64,000 nt of DNA from a virus. Below the pieces are notes generated by a model that worked only from the letters and a program-made list of their open reading frames with translations, was not told where the DNA came from and did not search any database. The translations under genes were made by a program, and so were the position numbers. Positions 31,344 through 41,473 of this stretch are shown here, in pieces (position 1 is the stretch's first letter; the number at the start of each line of letters is the position of its first letter). The stretch is taken from positions 1 to 64,000 of the IMG/VR virus record IMGVR_UViG_3300005096_000137; one strand, given 5' to 3'.

Positions 31344-32137
31344 GATTTGTTTCTCCTGTGGTTAGCCTGCTCAATACTCTCGGCGACTGGACAAGCTTTA
31401 CAGATACTCCGGGTTACTTTGGACTGGAAGGCTTCAGCAGCAGAGTTGTTACACATAATACCCTTATTGCAACTACTACACCCAGATGGTGATGTTGGTT
31501 GCTGGTCTGGTTGATGTCCGGGGGCATGTTCGATCCTGTGGATACATGGGACCCATCGCAATTGGATCTTACGTCTATTACGTTCATGTACGGGATCATT
31601 CAGAAGAGGTGGCGCTGTTTCCATCTCCTTTTGAAATAAAGCCTCTTCCAGGGCATCAAGGTCGTCTGAGTGGAACCCAAATAGTGGGTGCTCATAGTGT
31701 ATGGTTGGTTTGCCAGCTTCTAAATCTGCTTCCCAAGGGCGGGTGAGCAAATCGTCCAAGGTGACTCCTTTGGGGAGTTTTGGGTTGGCGGGTACTGTAG
31801 TGAAAACCTTACAGTCTTGGCAAGTCTTGATGGGGATGGGTTCGCCTAGCTCATTGTACTTGATGCACAGTATATTAAACTGAGGGGGCGCCCCTCTAAA
31901 GACTTGAACATCAACACGCCTATGTTTACAGTCGGGCCAGTCTGGTATCCAACGATTCCCCCCAATGTTGACCCAACCCTCAGGTATCCATTCAGGAGGA
32001 GGTTTACGAACACCTGTTGATACGATTTCACAGGTTTCAGTATTGACTTTTAGATTGTAACCGGAGTGCCGCTTAGTCTCAGGATCATATGTGCCTGACT
32101 CGGGGGTGTTGAATACATCCTCACGTTCTTTGCTCAT
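31340..32137 (-). CDS. Hypothetical protein with two W..C.HR..C..CxxC modules
   Basis: WPDCKHR...CQDC and WVPCIHR...CKAC. Confidence 0.65.
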   Translation of the reverse strand: MSKEREDVFNTPESGTYDPETKRHSGYNLKVNTETCEIVSTGVRKPPPEWIPEGWVNIGGNRWIPDWPDCKHRRVDVQVFRGAPPQFNILCIKYNELGEPIPIKTCQDCKVFTTVPANPKLPKGVTLDDLLTRPWEADLEAGKPTIHYEHPLFGFHSDDLDALEEALFQKEMETAPPLLNDPVHERNRRKIQLRWVPCIHRIEHAPGHQPDQQPTSPSGCSSCNKGIMCNNSAAEAFQSKVTRSICKACPVAESIEQANHRRNKS

Positions 32138-32745
32138 AGGTCAAACTCCATCAACTTCCGGTACACTTCAGCTTCGGCTCGGGCATCAGCGAGGGCGTCA
32201 TGGGGGCAGTCATTCACTACATCCAATTGCCGGCACAAGTCCTTGAGCCCAACTCGTGGGAATGGTCTCGGCTGACATCGCCAGTACGCCTTATCATTCA
32301 GGTAGATGGCAATTGACATAGTGTCTCGGGGATGGAAGTAAAAGAATGAATCGAACCCCTCAACCCCAAGCCAGGCTTTCAGGAACCCGGATTCAAACGA
32401 CCAGTTCTGCGCGAGCGGAATGATCTTCTTGCCGAAAGGCAAGTCCAGATTATCGAACCATTCCCCAAGCCAATCCTCCACTTGCCACTTGGTTGGGGCA
32501 TGGATCATCAACTCATCCAAATCAATACCATGGACGCTCGAAGACCGCTTATCTTCGTTCTCCCGCTTCTCGGGCTTCATGGTCATATAAAATGGGCTGA
32601 TGCCTTTGATGGGTTCGATATTCGAGTCAAGTGGCACAATTGCAATTTGAATCACATCGTGAAGAGCCGGATCCGTCCCAGTTGTTTCTACGTCCACGGC
32701 ACAAAGTACGTGCCCATTCCAATCTACAAATCCTGGTTGAACCAT
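32134..32745 (-). CDS. DEDDh 3'-5' exonuclease (DnaQ/RNase T-like)
   Basis: VDVETTG, QNWSFE, RDT, HDALADA. Confidence 0.92.
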   Translation of the reverse strand: MVQPGFVDWNGHVLCAVDVETTGTDPALHDVIQIAIVPLDSNIEPIKGISPFYMTMKPEKRENEDKRSSSVHGIDLDELMIHAPTKWQVEDWLGEWFDNLDLPFGKKIIPLAQNWSFESGFLKAWLGVEGFDSFFYFHPRDTMSIAIYLNDKAYWRCQPRPFPRVGLKDLCRQLDVVNDCPHDALADARAEAEVYRKLMEFDL

Positions 32746-33614
32746 TATTTAGCCTCCCCATGACCATTGCGATCCCGGTAGGCAGCCTCATCGAAAAGCT
32801 GATTGAAATCGTCGATGGAATCCGTGAAAAACGCATTAGCGGGTGGACGGTCATCCCCATCAGGGTGGCTATTCACAAAGTGACGGAGCATGAGTACATT
32901 AGCCATCACATGGTCGAGGTGGTGTTCCCCTGACTCAGGGTCAATATCTTCACCGAGATAGAACCACTTGAAGAGATGACGAAGCGTACAATCGAACGCA
33001 CTACTCCAAGCCATACCCTTGGCCCAATTCCAGGGCCTGTATTTGATCTTCCCCCCCATCAATACACGAGCTGTACCCGCAAGGAGGTGCAACGGAATTA
33101 GGGATAATGCAGCTTTCCCACCGTTGCGGCGGGCGCCCGAGCCCTTTTTATCGCTGTTTAGGTTACCAATGGAAACATCACCATCAGACTTACCCTCGCG
33201 TGAATCCAATTCACGGTGGAGCGAATCTCTGTCAATGGGTCTATCGATATTGGGTGGACCAGCAGTATCACCAGAGGGGTTACCTACCCAGTCAGGGCGA
33301 ATCTGAATAGGTCGCACCCGAGGGGGTGGTCCCATGGGTAGCTTAACAAGGTCCCCGGGGTCTGGTGGGATACCACCAGGGGGCATTGGGTCGCCTGGAT
33401 GCTGAAACACAGCGTTGGGTTCAATATGGAGACTTGGTTGAGGTGGCTGAGATGCTGCCTTCAACATATCCGCCAATTCATCCCGCTGTTTGCCCAGGAT
33501 GTCGTCCTGTTGAGTGTTCAGTTCAAGCTGCTTTATTCGTTGGGCTCCCATATGGCTGGCATCCCGTTGTTGGATACGCCGGTCATCTGCATCTTGTCGT
33601 TCATTCTCGTTCAT
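32745..33614 (-). CDS. dATP/dGTP diphosphohydrolase domain protein (DUF5664) with disordered N-terminus
   Basis: GK..LSLIP..VL..G..KY...NW.KG..RHL..W..GED.DPESG..HL.H. Confidence 0.85.
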   Translation of the reverse strand: MNENERQDADDRRIQQRDASHMGAQRIKQLELNTQQDDILGKQRDELADMLKAASQPPQPSLHIEPNAVFQHPGDPMPPGGIPPDPGDLVKLPMGPPPRVRPIQIRPDWVGNPSGDTAGPPNIDRPIDRDSLHRELDSREGKSDGDVSIGNLNSDKKGSGARRNGGKAALSLIPLHLLAGTARVLMGGKIKYRPWNWAKGMAWSSAFDCTLRHLFKWFYLGEDIDPESGEHHLDHVMANVLMLRHFVNSHPDGDDRPPANAFFTDSIDDFNQLFDEAAYRDRNGHGEAK

Positions 33615-33667
33615 CTTGTATCCTCTACCGTTGTCTACCTGACTGGGAGGGCCCCAGTCAATTATCC

Positions 33668-33696
33668 AGTATAACCTAACCTTTCAATTAAAACAA
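33668..33696 (-). promoter_or_regulatory. sigma70-like promoter
   Basis: TTGTTT-17-TATACT upstream of 33614. Confidence 0.6.
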
Positions 33697-33705
33697 GCGA
33701 TATTC

Positions 33706-36513
33706 TTACTTCTTTGATCGCCGCCCCAGGGGTTTAAGCTTCAGACGCCCCTTGACAACCTCCAGGTATTGCCCAGTGGTCTTTGAATCAGCACTCCATG
33801 AGATATTGCCGACATAAGTACCACCCTTCCCTCCGGACTTGCCGGTAACAAAAGGACGAGGGAGGCGGAGGGAGAACTGCTTCTGGCTCCAGTACTCTTC
33901 GTCATCAGCCGAAAGGGTAACCCGAAAACGGTCATAGACTTCGCCAAACAAAACCTTTGCGCCGGGGCACTCGAAGGCAGTCTCCGTGAAGAACCGAGCG
34001 ATAGGATCCATCGTCAGGGCTTCAACGGCTTCCTTCTCGCGAGTTGCCATCACAGGGATCCGAAGTCGACCGGACGCTGGTGGTATGTCCCAGTCCATTA
34101 GTGTCCGCATGAAATGGGGAGCTTCAGCTTCAAGAGACTTCTTGAGGAGGCTCTTCGGAATCTCATCATCATAGTCAATCTCTGACACGTACAGCATGGT
34201 GACTCGGGTGTCCCCGTGCATGATGGGGCAATAGGACCGGTCATTGGCACAATGAACAAAGTGGAGACTGTTCCGGAGCATGTAGGTGTCCGTCCGCATC
34301 TGCCGAATGGCGATGTAATCGGATGTAATCCAATCCTTCATTCGGTTAAGAGCACGTTCCCCGTTCTTCCCATTTAGGTTGGTCTCTTCGACAACTGCAA
34401 GCACTGCATTTGCCAACTCCCCGTTGTGCTCGCCAGTTGTCTTTAGCGGGTTATCTGCTTTACAGTAACCCCCCGTGAACAACTGACGTGCTGCTTCGTG
34501 GAAGATGGATTTACCGGAATTCTCAGGACCATGCAGAAACAAGTAGGGCAGTGGCTCAAATGGCTCACGGAGCATGGCGGCGATCCAAAGCTGAAGGTAT
34601 TGGCGACCCGTCTTAACGTTGTACTTGTTCGCCCAGATATCGTCTACTAGAACCTCACCCAAGTCCTTTCCAATGTGGTCAAGAATCATATCCCAGTGGG
34701 GGTGGACTGGTTCCTCTTTGTCACCCAGGATTGCTGGGGCATAATTGAGCTGAGGGGCTTTGTGATTCCACTGCCGATTGCCTGGGAATTCAGGCTGGAA
34801 CGGCATGTTCACAAGCCGCCACCGTTTCTTCAAAATCGTACCCATGATGTGTTCAGCATCACCCTTGGCAACAAAGTCACTCTGGAGCATAAGCTTGATG
34901 TTGTTGGATGGGTGCATATCCCATTCCTTCTGGGAAGCATCCCAGGCTGCCCACCCTGCCTGGTCACCAGCCGTTGACATCAGGACGCGATACATCCCAT
35001 CGTACTCAGGATAATCCACGTTCTTCATCTCGCGGGGATCACACTCCACCTCAAACATCCGTTCCCAGAAAGTCTTATTCAGAATCCAGTGGTGGCTGGG
35101 CTTGGCGTCACTCTCGTGCTTTTCCACCCTTACCGATAATTCGTTGGACTTCAGCTCATGTTTTAGGATGACCTTCCGGTCCCCCTCAGCCCACTGCTTG
35201 ATATCATCCATCTGGGTTGCCTTGACCCCAAGTGCGGTCATTGCCTGCATGGCATGCCGAACACATGTAAAGTAAAAACTCCCATCCTTGGATTTGGCCG
35301 CCTGCATCGAGAGTGCAGCCGCCTTCAGATTTGGACGACAATTGAAGAATGTGGTTGTGTACCCACGTCCATCCTGGTCCCAGGTCTCATGCTCGTGATG
35401 ACCCTTACTGAATCGGTAAACCTTCCAACCGCCATCAGCCATTGGGAACGCGAAGGCATTTGGTTCGGCTAGATTGTTACCATCAGAGTTGGTCTCAAAG
35501 AACCCTGCGTACTTATCAGGATGTGTTTCCCTTAGTTGTGCGAACCCAGCCGTGTGCGTCTGCAACAGATTGTATTCGGGAATCCAGACAGTTGTACAGT
35601 TGCATTCCTCCGAAAGTGCCTCGATGATTTCATGATGGACTTCGTCCAGAGAAACCATATCCCGGGCGCTTGCCATCACATCGAAAGCTTCGTCTTCCTT
35701 GGTGGGGATACCCCGAACCTTGATCTTCGTTCGCTTTCGAGTCACCACATCAATGTGGTCACGCCAGTTGATTGGAAGATCACTAAGTGTTAATTCCTGA
35801 GTACTATCCTGGATAACCGCCAGCCCTTCATTCTGGGCAGTTGCATCACGATGCCAAATCCACATGTTTCCACCACAGGCATCAATAGCTGAGGCAAAGT
35901 TGAACCCGGACTCTTGGCTCATCTTGCTGAGGATACAACGACCCAGCCCTTGATGGATGGTGTGGTTCTCGGTAGGGATGCCAGCATCATCGAAGTACAC
36001 GTACATGTGGTAACCTTTACCGCGTGTACTCTTCCGGGTCTGAACCCAGGGGATCCGCATTGCTGCTTCCCGGACCTGCGAGAGCTGAACTTCATCGACT
36101 CCGACACCGGGTGCATGCCCAGTGATGGCATCAAAGTCAAATGCCACCCACCGTGAGACTCGGTGGCACCAGTCCCACCCTGTCATACCAACCGCTTCTG
36201 CGTTCATTGACAATGACCAAGGCAGCACCTTGTCCTCGAAATGGGGGAAGTCGGTCATGGCGTCGGCCGGGATGCGGATGTTCCAAAACTGGACACCGTC
36301 TTTGGTCCAAGTGTTTCGTCGCCCTTCGACTGCCTCAGCGCCACTGCCCGAGACGTTGACTTGAACTTCCATGTTGATTGAGAACCGCTCCAGCATATCT
36401 GGATTGTTCACCAGGGGCCGCTTCTGGCCTTTGGGCTCCATTGGGTTTCGTGGGAGGTTGCCAGCAGCAGCGGCGTCCAAGAATGATTTGATTACTTCGC
36501 GAGTCGTCTTCAT
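33706..36513 (-). CDS. Primase-helicase (AEP/prim-pol N-terminus plus SF3/D5-type helicase)
   Basis: AFDFD, STRGKGYH, Walker A GPENSGKS, VVEE, CAND; AAAGG RBS favours ATG 36513. Confidence 0.85.
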   Translation of the reverse strand: MKTTREVIKSFLDAAAAGNLPRNPMEPKGQKRPLVNNPDMLERFSINMEVQVNVSGSGAEAVEGRRNTWTKDGVQFWNIRIPADAMTDFPHFEDKVLPWSLSMNAEAVGMTGWDWCHRVSRWVAFDFDAITGHAPGVGVDEVQLSQVREAAMRIPWVQTRKSTRGKGYHMYVYFDDAGIPTENHTIHQGLGRCILSKMSQESGFNFASAIDACGGNMWIWHRDATAQNEGLAVIQDSTQELTLSDLPINWRDHIDVVTRKRTKIKVRGIPTKEDEAFDVMASARDMVSLDEVHHEIIEALSEECNCTTVWIPEYNLLQTHTAGFAQLRETHPDKYAGFFETNSDGNNLAEPNAFAFPMADGGWKVYRFSKGHHEHETWDQDGRGYTTTFFNCRPNLKAAALSMQAAKSKDGSFYFTCVRHAMQAMTALGVKATQMDDIKQWAEGDRKVILKHELKSNELSVRVEKHESDAKPSHHWILNKTFWERMFEVECDPREMKNVDYPEYDGMYRVLMSTAGDQAGWAAWDASQKEWDMHPSNNIKLMLQSDFVAKGDAEHIMGTILKKRWRLVNMPFQPEFPGNRQWNHKAPQLNYAPAILGDKEEPVHPHWDMILDHIGKDLGEVLVDDIWANKYNVKTGRQYLQLWIAAMLREPFEPLPYLFLHGPENSGKSIFHEAARQLFTGGYCKADNPLKTTGEHNGELANAVLAVVEETNLNGKNGERALNRMKDWITSDYIAIRQMRTDTYMLRNSLHFVHCANDRSYCPIMHGDTRVTMLYVSEIDYDDEIPKSLLKKSLEAEAPHFMRTLMDWDIPPASGRLRIPVMATREKEAVEALTMDPIARFFTETAFECPGAKVLFGEVYDRFRVTLSADDEEYWSQKQFSLRLPRPFVTGKSGGKGGTYVGNISWSADSKTTGQYLEVVKGRLKLKPLGRRSKK

Positions 36514-36972
36514 TTCTGACCTTTCGTGTTTAATCTTGTATGTCCCGAGTATACTTGAAATTGGACAACGAACTAGGGCAAAATGGAATAATCCTGACAA
36601 GGGTCGATCCAAAACCTATCGACCTTCCACTTAACCTGGGATTGGCATTGGAGTTACGTCAATTGTTAAGACTAATCCTCTTTTCTTACCTTATCCTCTA
36701 TATGAAGTTTTCTCTCTCTCTAAAAACATATAAGTACTAAGGGACCTAAGGGTATTGACCCTTTTTATTCGTAACCTGTTGATACGATTGAGGTTACGTG
36801 GGAAGGGATAGACCCTCGTGGACCCCATGATTAACTACCTCTTAAGGGTGCCAGTATAGATCGTAAGGGTTGTCCAGATTCCAATGGGTCATTATTTCAG
36901 AAACTTTCCACAAAATCGACAAAATCCCAATAATTCCAACCCGTTAGGTCGTGAGGCTTGGTACAATATAGT
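36514..36972. other. AT-rich divergent control region / candidate origin
   Basis: Strand switch; TAAGGG x4; inverted repeat CGTAACCT/AGGTTACG; extended -10 TGgTACAAT before 36973. Confidence 0.45.
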
Positions 36973-37914
36973 ATGGACGTATCTACTGTACCAATTGAAA
37001 TGATTGACCCACCTAATCCGATTCTCCGGAGATTCTCTGAGAATTCGGTTCAGTTCCTAGAACTTGTTGACCAAATCAAGTCCTGTGGTGGGGCATTACA
37101 AGCCCCACCCGCACGCCCTGTTGAGAGGGGTCGGGTTCAGCTATGTGATGGTTATCGCCGCTATCGGGCAACCATTAAAGCAGGTCTCTCCCACATGAAC
37201 CTGGTTATTCAGGAGATGGATGATGTCGAGTACCTGGCAAACCAGATGCTCTGCAACTCTATGCACGAAGAAACGGACTGGATCGATTACGCAAAACACC
37301 TTGATCGCCTTCGGCATCTTAATAACACCGAGATGACGTTGCGAGACCTGGCAGGTTACTGTAGTCGGTCAACCCAGTGGGTACGCCAGGTTTTGAACCT
37401 CAACCACCTCCATCCCCACTTTGCTAAGATGGTGAAGAATAACGAAGTCCCAATTGGTAACGCCAAGATGTTGGCTCGATTACCATTGAGTGAGCAGGTA
37501 CACTTCATTGATGATGCCCAAACCATGGGGTCCATGGAATTTGTACGGGTGGTTCGCCGGGCTATCAATGATTACCGGGAAGGTATCAAGCAGGGCAGGC
37601 TTCTGAAACTGGGGAAGGACAATTTCCGCCCAGTTATGCGTGACCTCCGGGTTGTTGAAGAGGAATTGCGATCCCCTTCCCATCTCCCTGCACTCATTGT
37701 CGCAGCGGGTATTACTAACGTGGCGGAGGCCGCCCAGCTTGCTCTTCAGTGGGCGTTCCGGGTTGATCCTAAGACTCTCGCAGAGCGTCAGGAGAGTGTC
37801 CATGCCAACGAAGTCCAGCACCTCCAAGATACTGAATATCGCAAGCACGCACGAAAACTTATACAATTTGCTGAAGAATCCCAGACACGCTCTTGTCCAA
37901 AGGGCGAGCTTTGA
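36973..37914 (+). CDS. ParB/Spo0J-like protein
   Basis: ParB N-domain (DGYRRYRA) followed by HTH (TLRDLAGYCSRSTQWV). Confidence 0.85.
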   Translation: MDVSTVPIEMIDPPNPILRRFSENSVQFLELVDQIKSCGGALQAPPARPVERGRVQLCDGYRRYRATIKAGLSHMNLVIQEMDDVEYLANQMLCNSMHEETDWIDYAKHLDRLRHLNNTEMTLRDLAGYCSRSTQWVRQVLNLNHLHPHFAKMVKNNEVPIGNAKMLARLPLSEQVHFIDDAQTMGSMEFVRVVRRAINDYREGIKQGRLLKLGKDNFRPVMRDLRVVEEELRSPSHLPALIVAAGITNVAEAAQLALQWAFRVDPKTLAERQESVHANEVQHLQDTEYRKHARKLIQFAEESQTRSCPKGEL

Positions 37915-38053
37915 TTACACTGGTCGATAGAGCAGTTGACTTTGTCATATCGTTTGATCGGTTAGCCCGTTTGACCTACCACTTGATGGTGGTTGGTGTT
38001 GAGGTTCACAATCGTTGAACCCATGTTATGTTTCGAGAAGAAAGTACAGAGTA

Positions 38054-38767
38054 ATGAGTAACGACATGATCCCCACAGATGTTTTCGGTGAAATCTCCAC
38101 AGAGGTTGATGACGACAAAGACTTCGCAGACATGAGTTCGTCCCCGTTTCTACAACGGCTCGAACTAAAATCTAAAGGAGCCCTCATCGATTCCGGGAAA
38201 GTTCGCCCGGGAGGTTATGCTATTATCAAATCGTCGGATGATGCTGTTGACCTTGGGTCCTCAGTTGACATTCTCCCCCTTGCACGACGTGCAAAGGCGA
38301 TTGATATGAGTGACAAGAAGAACGTTGTGGTTTCATATGACCGTAGCAGTGACGTTTTTGCGAGTATCGAAAAGCGATCGTCGCAGCAAGACAGCCACTG
38401 CCAATTCGGCTCCAGTTTCTTGGTGGTCGAACGTCGTACAGGTAAGATGTACGAGCTGTTCCTCGGTTCCAAATCAAACCGCCGAGAGACTGGTACCATC
38501 TCCAACTACTTACCTCAGGTGGTCAATGGAGAACGTGTCCAGCCCCAGCCTTTGACATTGAAGTCAAAGCACATTAAGAATGAGGAGAAAGGGTACTCTT
38601 GGTTCGTTATTGTTCCGACGCCCTGCTCGAATCCATTCACGAAGGACCAGATTCCTGATGGGGACCTGATTCGCGCTGAAATAGAGAAGTTCAAGGCTCC
38701 CGCCGAAGGTGGTGATGCCATTGAGGTCGAGAAGACTCCTGAGACTTCAAAACGACGCGCACGCTAG
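38054..38767 (+). CDS. Putative ssDNA-binding/replication protein
   Basis: Beta-rich with acidic ends, replication context; inference. Confidence 0.45.
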   Translation: MSNDMIPTDVFGEISTEVDDDKDFADMSSSPFLQRLELKSKGALIDSGKVRPGGYAIIKSSDDAVDLGSSVDILPLARRAKAIDMSDKKNVVVSYDRSSDVFASIEKRSSQQDSHCQFGSSFLVVERRTGKMYELFLGSKSNRRETGTISNYLPQVVNGERVQPQPLTLKSKHIKNEEKGYSWFVIVPTPCSNPFTKDQIPDGDLIRAEIEKFKAPAEGGDAIEVEKTPETSKRRAR

Positions 38768-38801
38768 GGTTGAGTTCAGCCCCATCATTGGGGCCCTTTC
38801 G

Positions 38802-38836
38802 AGCCCAGCAGGTATCCCCTACCTGTTGGGCTTTTT
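38802..38836 (+). terminator. Intrinsic terminator
   Basis: AGCCCAGCAGGTA/TACCTGTTGGGCT then TTTT. Confidence 0.85.
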
Positions 38837-38868
38837 ACTGAAACACAAGAACCACACGAGACAAACCA

Positions 38869-39129
38869 ATGGGTTGGATAAACGAAAACGGCGAGTACAT
38901 TGACCAACTTGGTGACATGGATAACAGCCACTTGTTGTTCTTTGCCCAGAGGATGGTAGACGTCTTCAGACATCACCAGGACGAGTGCTTGTTCCGGATG
39001 CTGAAGGGCAGCGAATTCGACGAAGACCACGCTTGTCATATGCACAAACCGTTGGTATTTACTTACCCCTTGACTGAACTTGTGGCGGAGTGTCAGAAAC
39101 GCGGGCTTCCTTTGAATACTTCCAGATAA
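38869..39129 (+). CDS. Hypothetical protein
   Basis: W...NG...MD.SHL motif of small phage proteins. Confidence 0.65.
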   Translation: MGWINENGEYIDQLGDMDNSHLLFFAQRMVDVFRHHQDECLFRMLKGSEFDEDHACHMHKPLVFTYPLTELVAECQKRGLPLNTSR

Positions 39130-39136
39130 ACATTAT

Positions 39137-39208
39137 TGCGGGATGGTCGCTGGTGACCCAGCAGGTCTCATAAGCCTGCCTTCGGTGGTTCGATTCCACC
39201 TCCCGCAA
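39137..39208 (+). tRNA. tRNA-Met(CAT)
   Basis: Cloverleaf, loop CT-CAT-AA, GGTTCGATTCC. Confidence 0.85.
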
Positions 39209-39210
39209 CT

Positions 39211-39276
39211 TGGCGTATAGTCGGTGACCCCAGGACTCATGAGCCGGGGAGGTTGGTTCAACTCCAACTGCGCTAT
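39211..39276 (+). tRNA. Aberrant tRNA-Met-like (CAT), minimal D arm
   Basis: TGGCGTA/TGCGCTA acceptor, GTTGG-TTCAACT-CCAAC T arm, imperfect anticodon stem. Confidence 0.5.
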
Positions 39277-39342
39277 TCGTTAATTGTCCCGCCAGACATT
39301 TGTCTGCAAACCAGCTTCGGCTGGCGCGGGCCGGAAACAGAT

Positions 39343-39426
<84 letters not shown>

Positions 39427-39440
39427 CTTTAGACAGCTTC

Positions 39441-39525
39441 GCTCTCTTGGTGGAATTGGGATACACATCAGGTTTAAGCCCTGACGCCCGTTGAGGGATT
39501 GAAGGTTCGAGTCCTTCAGGGAGCA
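39441..39525 (+). tRNA. tRNA-Leu(TAA)
   Basis: Class II cloverleaf, TCAGG-TT-TAA-GC-CCTGA. Confidence 0.92.
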
Positions 39526-39550
39526 CTTTACTTTACTTTTGGAGAACACT

Positions 39551-39757
39551 ATGAACGAGAGACCCGAGTTTATTAGCCCACCAGTAGATGCTCTACAGGC
39601 ATCTGAGGCACTCCAAGCAAACCTCAAAAAGGGTCTCGAAGATCTCATCAAACTAGGGGGCTCTGACGCTGACATCCAGGCACATCAGACAGCCCTTGAT
39701 GCTTTAAGAAAGTCCGATGTGTCTTTAAGAGAGTCTGGTGAGGCAAAGACCCCATGA
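39551..39757 (+). CDS. Hypothetical protein
   Basis: GGAG RBS; ATGA coupling to next gene. Confidence 0.6.
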   Translation: MNERPEFISPPVDALQASEALQANLKKGLEDLIKLGGSDADIQAHQTALDALRKSDVSLRESGEAKTP

Positions 39758-40110
39758 AACTAGTACGACAACCACCTTGTTCAAATCTATGTGGTCAGGC
39801 CTGCATTGCCACAGTTCTAAACATCACCTTGGACGAATCAATCGAGTTGATGGGTACCAAAGGTAAAACGGATACTCGGCAACTCAAGGACGCCTTGGAT
39901 GCCCATGGTGTTGAGCATGGCGACCGGCGTATCCGGGGCTTTCCTACCTCTGGGTCTGCTATTCTCTGGTTTACCAGTGATTTTGGTAAGCATTGGGTTG
40001 TCTGGCACAACAAGAAGTATTATGATCCAATTGCAGGGGTTCATCGGAAGCTCCCCAACCACTTGGAGACTGCCCGAGTTACCTCCCACTTACCAGTGAT
40101 AATCAAATGA
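39754..40110 (+). CDS. C39-like cysteine peptidase
   Basis: Q.....CG.ACIA, HWVV, YDP catalytic pattern. Confidence 0.8.
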   Translation: MKLVRQPPCSNLCGQACIATVLNITLDESIELMGTKGKTDTRQLKDALDAHGVEHGDRRIRGFPTSGSAILWFTSDFGKHWVVWHNKKYYDPIAGVHRKLPNHLETARVTSHLPVIIK

Positions 40111-40595
40111 CTCAGGAATCAGCGGAAGCGTTCTATGACAAACTTGAGCGACACCTCGACTATTTCCGCAAGGAATTCGATTTAACCTACTTTGAGCTGG
40201 TGGGTGCATTGACGCACATGGCTCACACTCTTTCCAGCGAGGCTGAAGCCCTTGACGAAGAATCAACCGAATACGAAGACGAAGACGAAGACGAAGACGA
40301 AGCCTATGGCACGGGCTTCGACGAAGGGTTCCAAGAAGGGTTCAAAACCTGCCAAGAGGAAGGTAACGGCACCGTTGACCGAGGCCTCCGTGCAGGACAC
40401 AAAGAAGTCCTCGAAGATGGGCACGGGTCACCGGACCAGTTCGACGCAGGTCACAGAACCGGGTACGAGTACGGTCTCGAAGAAGGCCGGGACAAAGGCT
40501 ACAACGAGGGCTACAAGGACGGGCTCCAAGAAGGCCAAGACAAAGGAACCCGTGATTCCAATAGAGTGGATGAGGGCAAAGAAGGACCAGACTGA
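40107..40595 (+). CDS. Acidic protein with ELVGAL domain and GxxxG repeats
   Basis: (ED)n hexamer repeat; GY.EG repeats. Confidence 0.7.
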   Translation: MTQESAEAFYDKLERHLDYFRKEFDLTYFELVGALTHMAHTLSSEAEALDEESTEYEDEDEDEDEAYGTGFDEGFQEGFKTCQEEGNGTVDRGLRAGHKEVLEDGHGSPDQFDAGHRTGYEYGLEEGRDKGYNEGYKDGLQEGQDKGTRDSNRVDEGKEGPD

Positions 40596-40803
40596 CTGTT
40601 CTAAGAGGCGGAAATGGATGTCTCGGTGTGGTCGGTTCAAAGTGGTGGAGTGCATCAGCCTACTGGGTTTGAACACAATCTACTATGCCATAAGGTTTCA
40701 ACGAATGGATGACGGGCGAGTCCAAGAGTACATCATCAGTCGGCATCGGAAACGTAATCCAGCAGAAAAGGCGTGTGACAAATGGCAACGGAAGCGGAAG
40801 TAA
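40570..40803 (+). CDS. Small basic hypothetical protein
   Basis: W.S.CGRF..ISRHRKR..AEKAC. Confidence 0.55.
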   Translation: MRAKKDQTDCSKRRKWMSRCGRFKVVECISLLGLNTIYYAIRFQRMDDGRVQEYIISRHRKRNPAEKACDKWQRKRK

Positions 40804-41117
40804 AATCAAGAGAAGTCAGGCTGACTGCTGATTGGAAGTTCAAGATTGGTCTGCGGAAACGGCTGCGGGAATCATTGAAGAAATACGACGGGTCAGTGTT
40901 CGAGATGATTGGGGCTTTGACTGCCCTAGCGTCTCAGATTTCTGTGTTATCAGAAGGTTGGACGTCCCAGGCGGGTGGTGAAGTCTATATTGATTTGGCT
41001 GACTTTCTAACTGAAGCTCGGGTGGATAAAGACTTGACCCTTCCGACCATAGTAGGTATCTTGAATATCATGGCGTTGGATATTAACCGTCTGGGGTTTA
41101 CAGTTGCCACATCATGA
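40782..41117 (+). CDS. IGAL-repeat family protein
   Basis: EMIGALT and IVGILN helices. Confidence 0.65.
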   Translation: MATEAEVKSREVRLTADWKFKIGLRKRLRESLKKYDGSVFEMIGALTALASQISVLSEGWTSQAGGEVYIDLADFLTEARVDKDLTLPTIVGILNIMALDINRLGFTVATS

Positions 41118-41473
41118 GTCGTACATCAGAGCGGGTTATGTCAAGTCAGAATTTCTACAAAGACTTACAAGTTCTTGCCCAGCGTGTGGGTGAGGCCCAA
41201 GGTCTGGATTTCTCAGAACTAATTGGGGCCTTAATTACAGTTCGCCAATACTTGGCTCCAGGTTGTGGGCATACCACACTAGGTCTCCAGGCTGCCACAC
41301 GTAAGATGCTGAGGGAAGTCACTGATCTTATTGACCAACATAGCGTCAATCTGGATCAGGTTATCGGTTCAATCACGATATTGGTTGCAAAGATTACATC
41401 TGTTGGATTAGAACAGGAGTCAACAGCTTGGATATCAGCAAAGAAGGAGAATCCTAATGGCTACCCCAATTAA
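41114..41473 (+). CDS. IGAL-repeat family protein
   Basis: ELIGALI and QVIGSIT. Confidence 0.65.
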   Translation: MSRTSERVMSSQNFYKDLQVLAQRVGEAQGLDFSELIGALITVRQYLAPGCGHTTLGLQAATRKMLREVTDLIDQHSVNLDQVIGSITILVAKITSVGLEQESTAWISAKKENPNGYPN

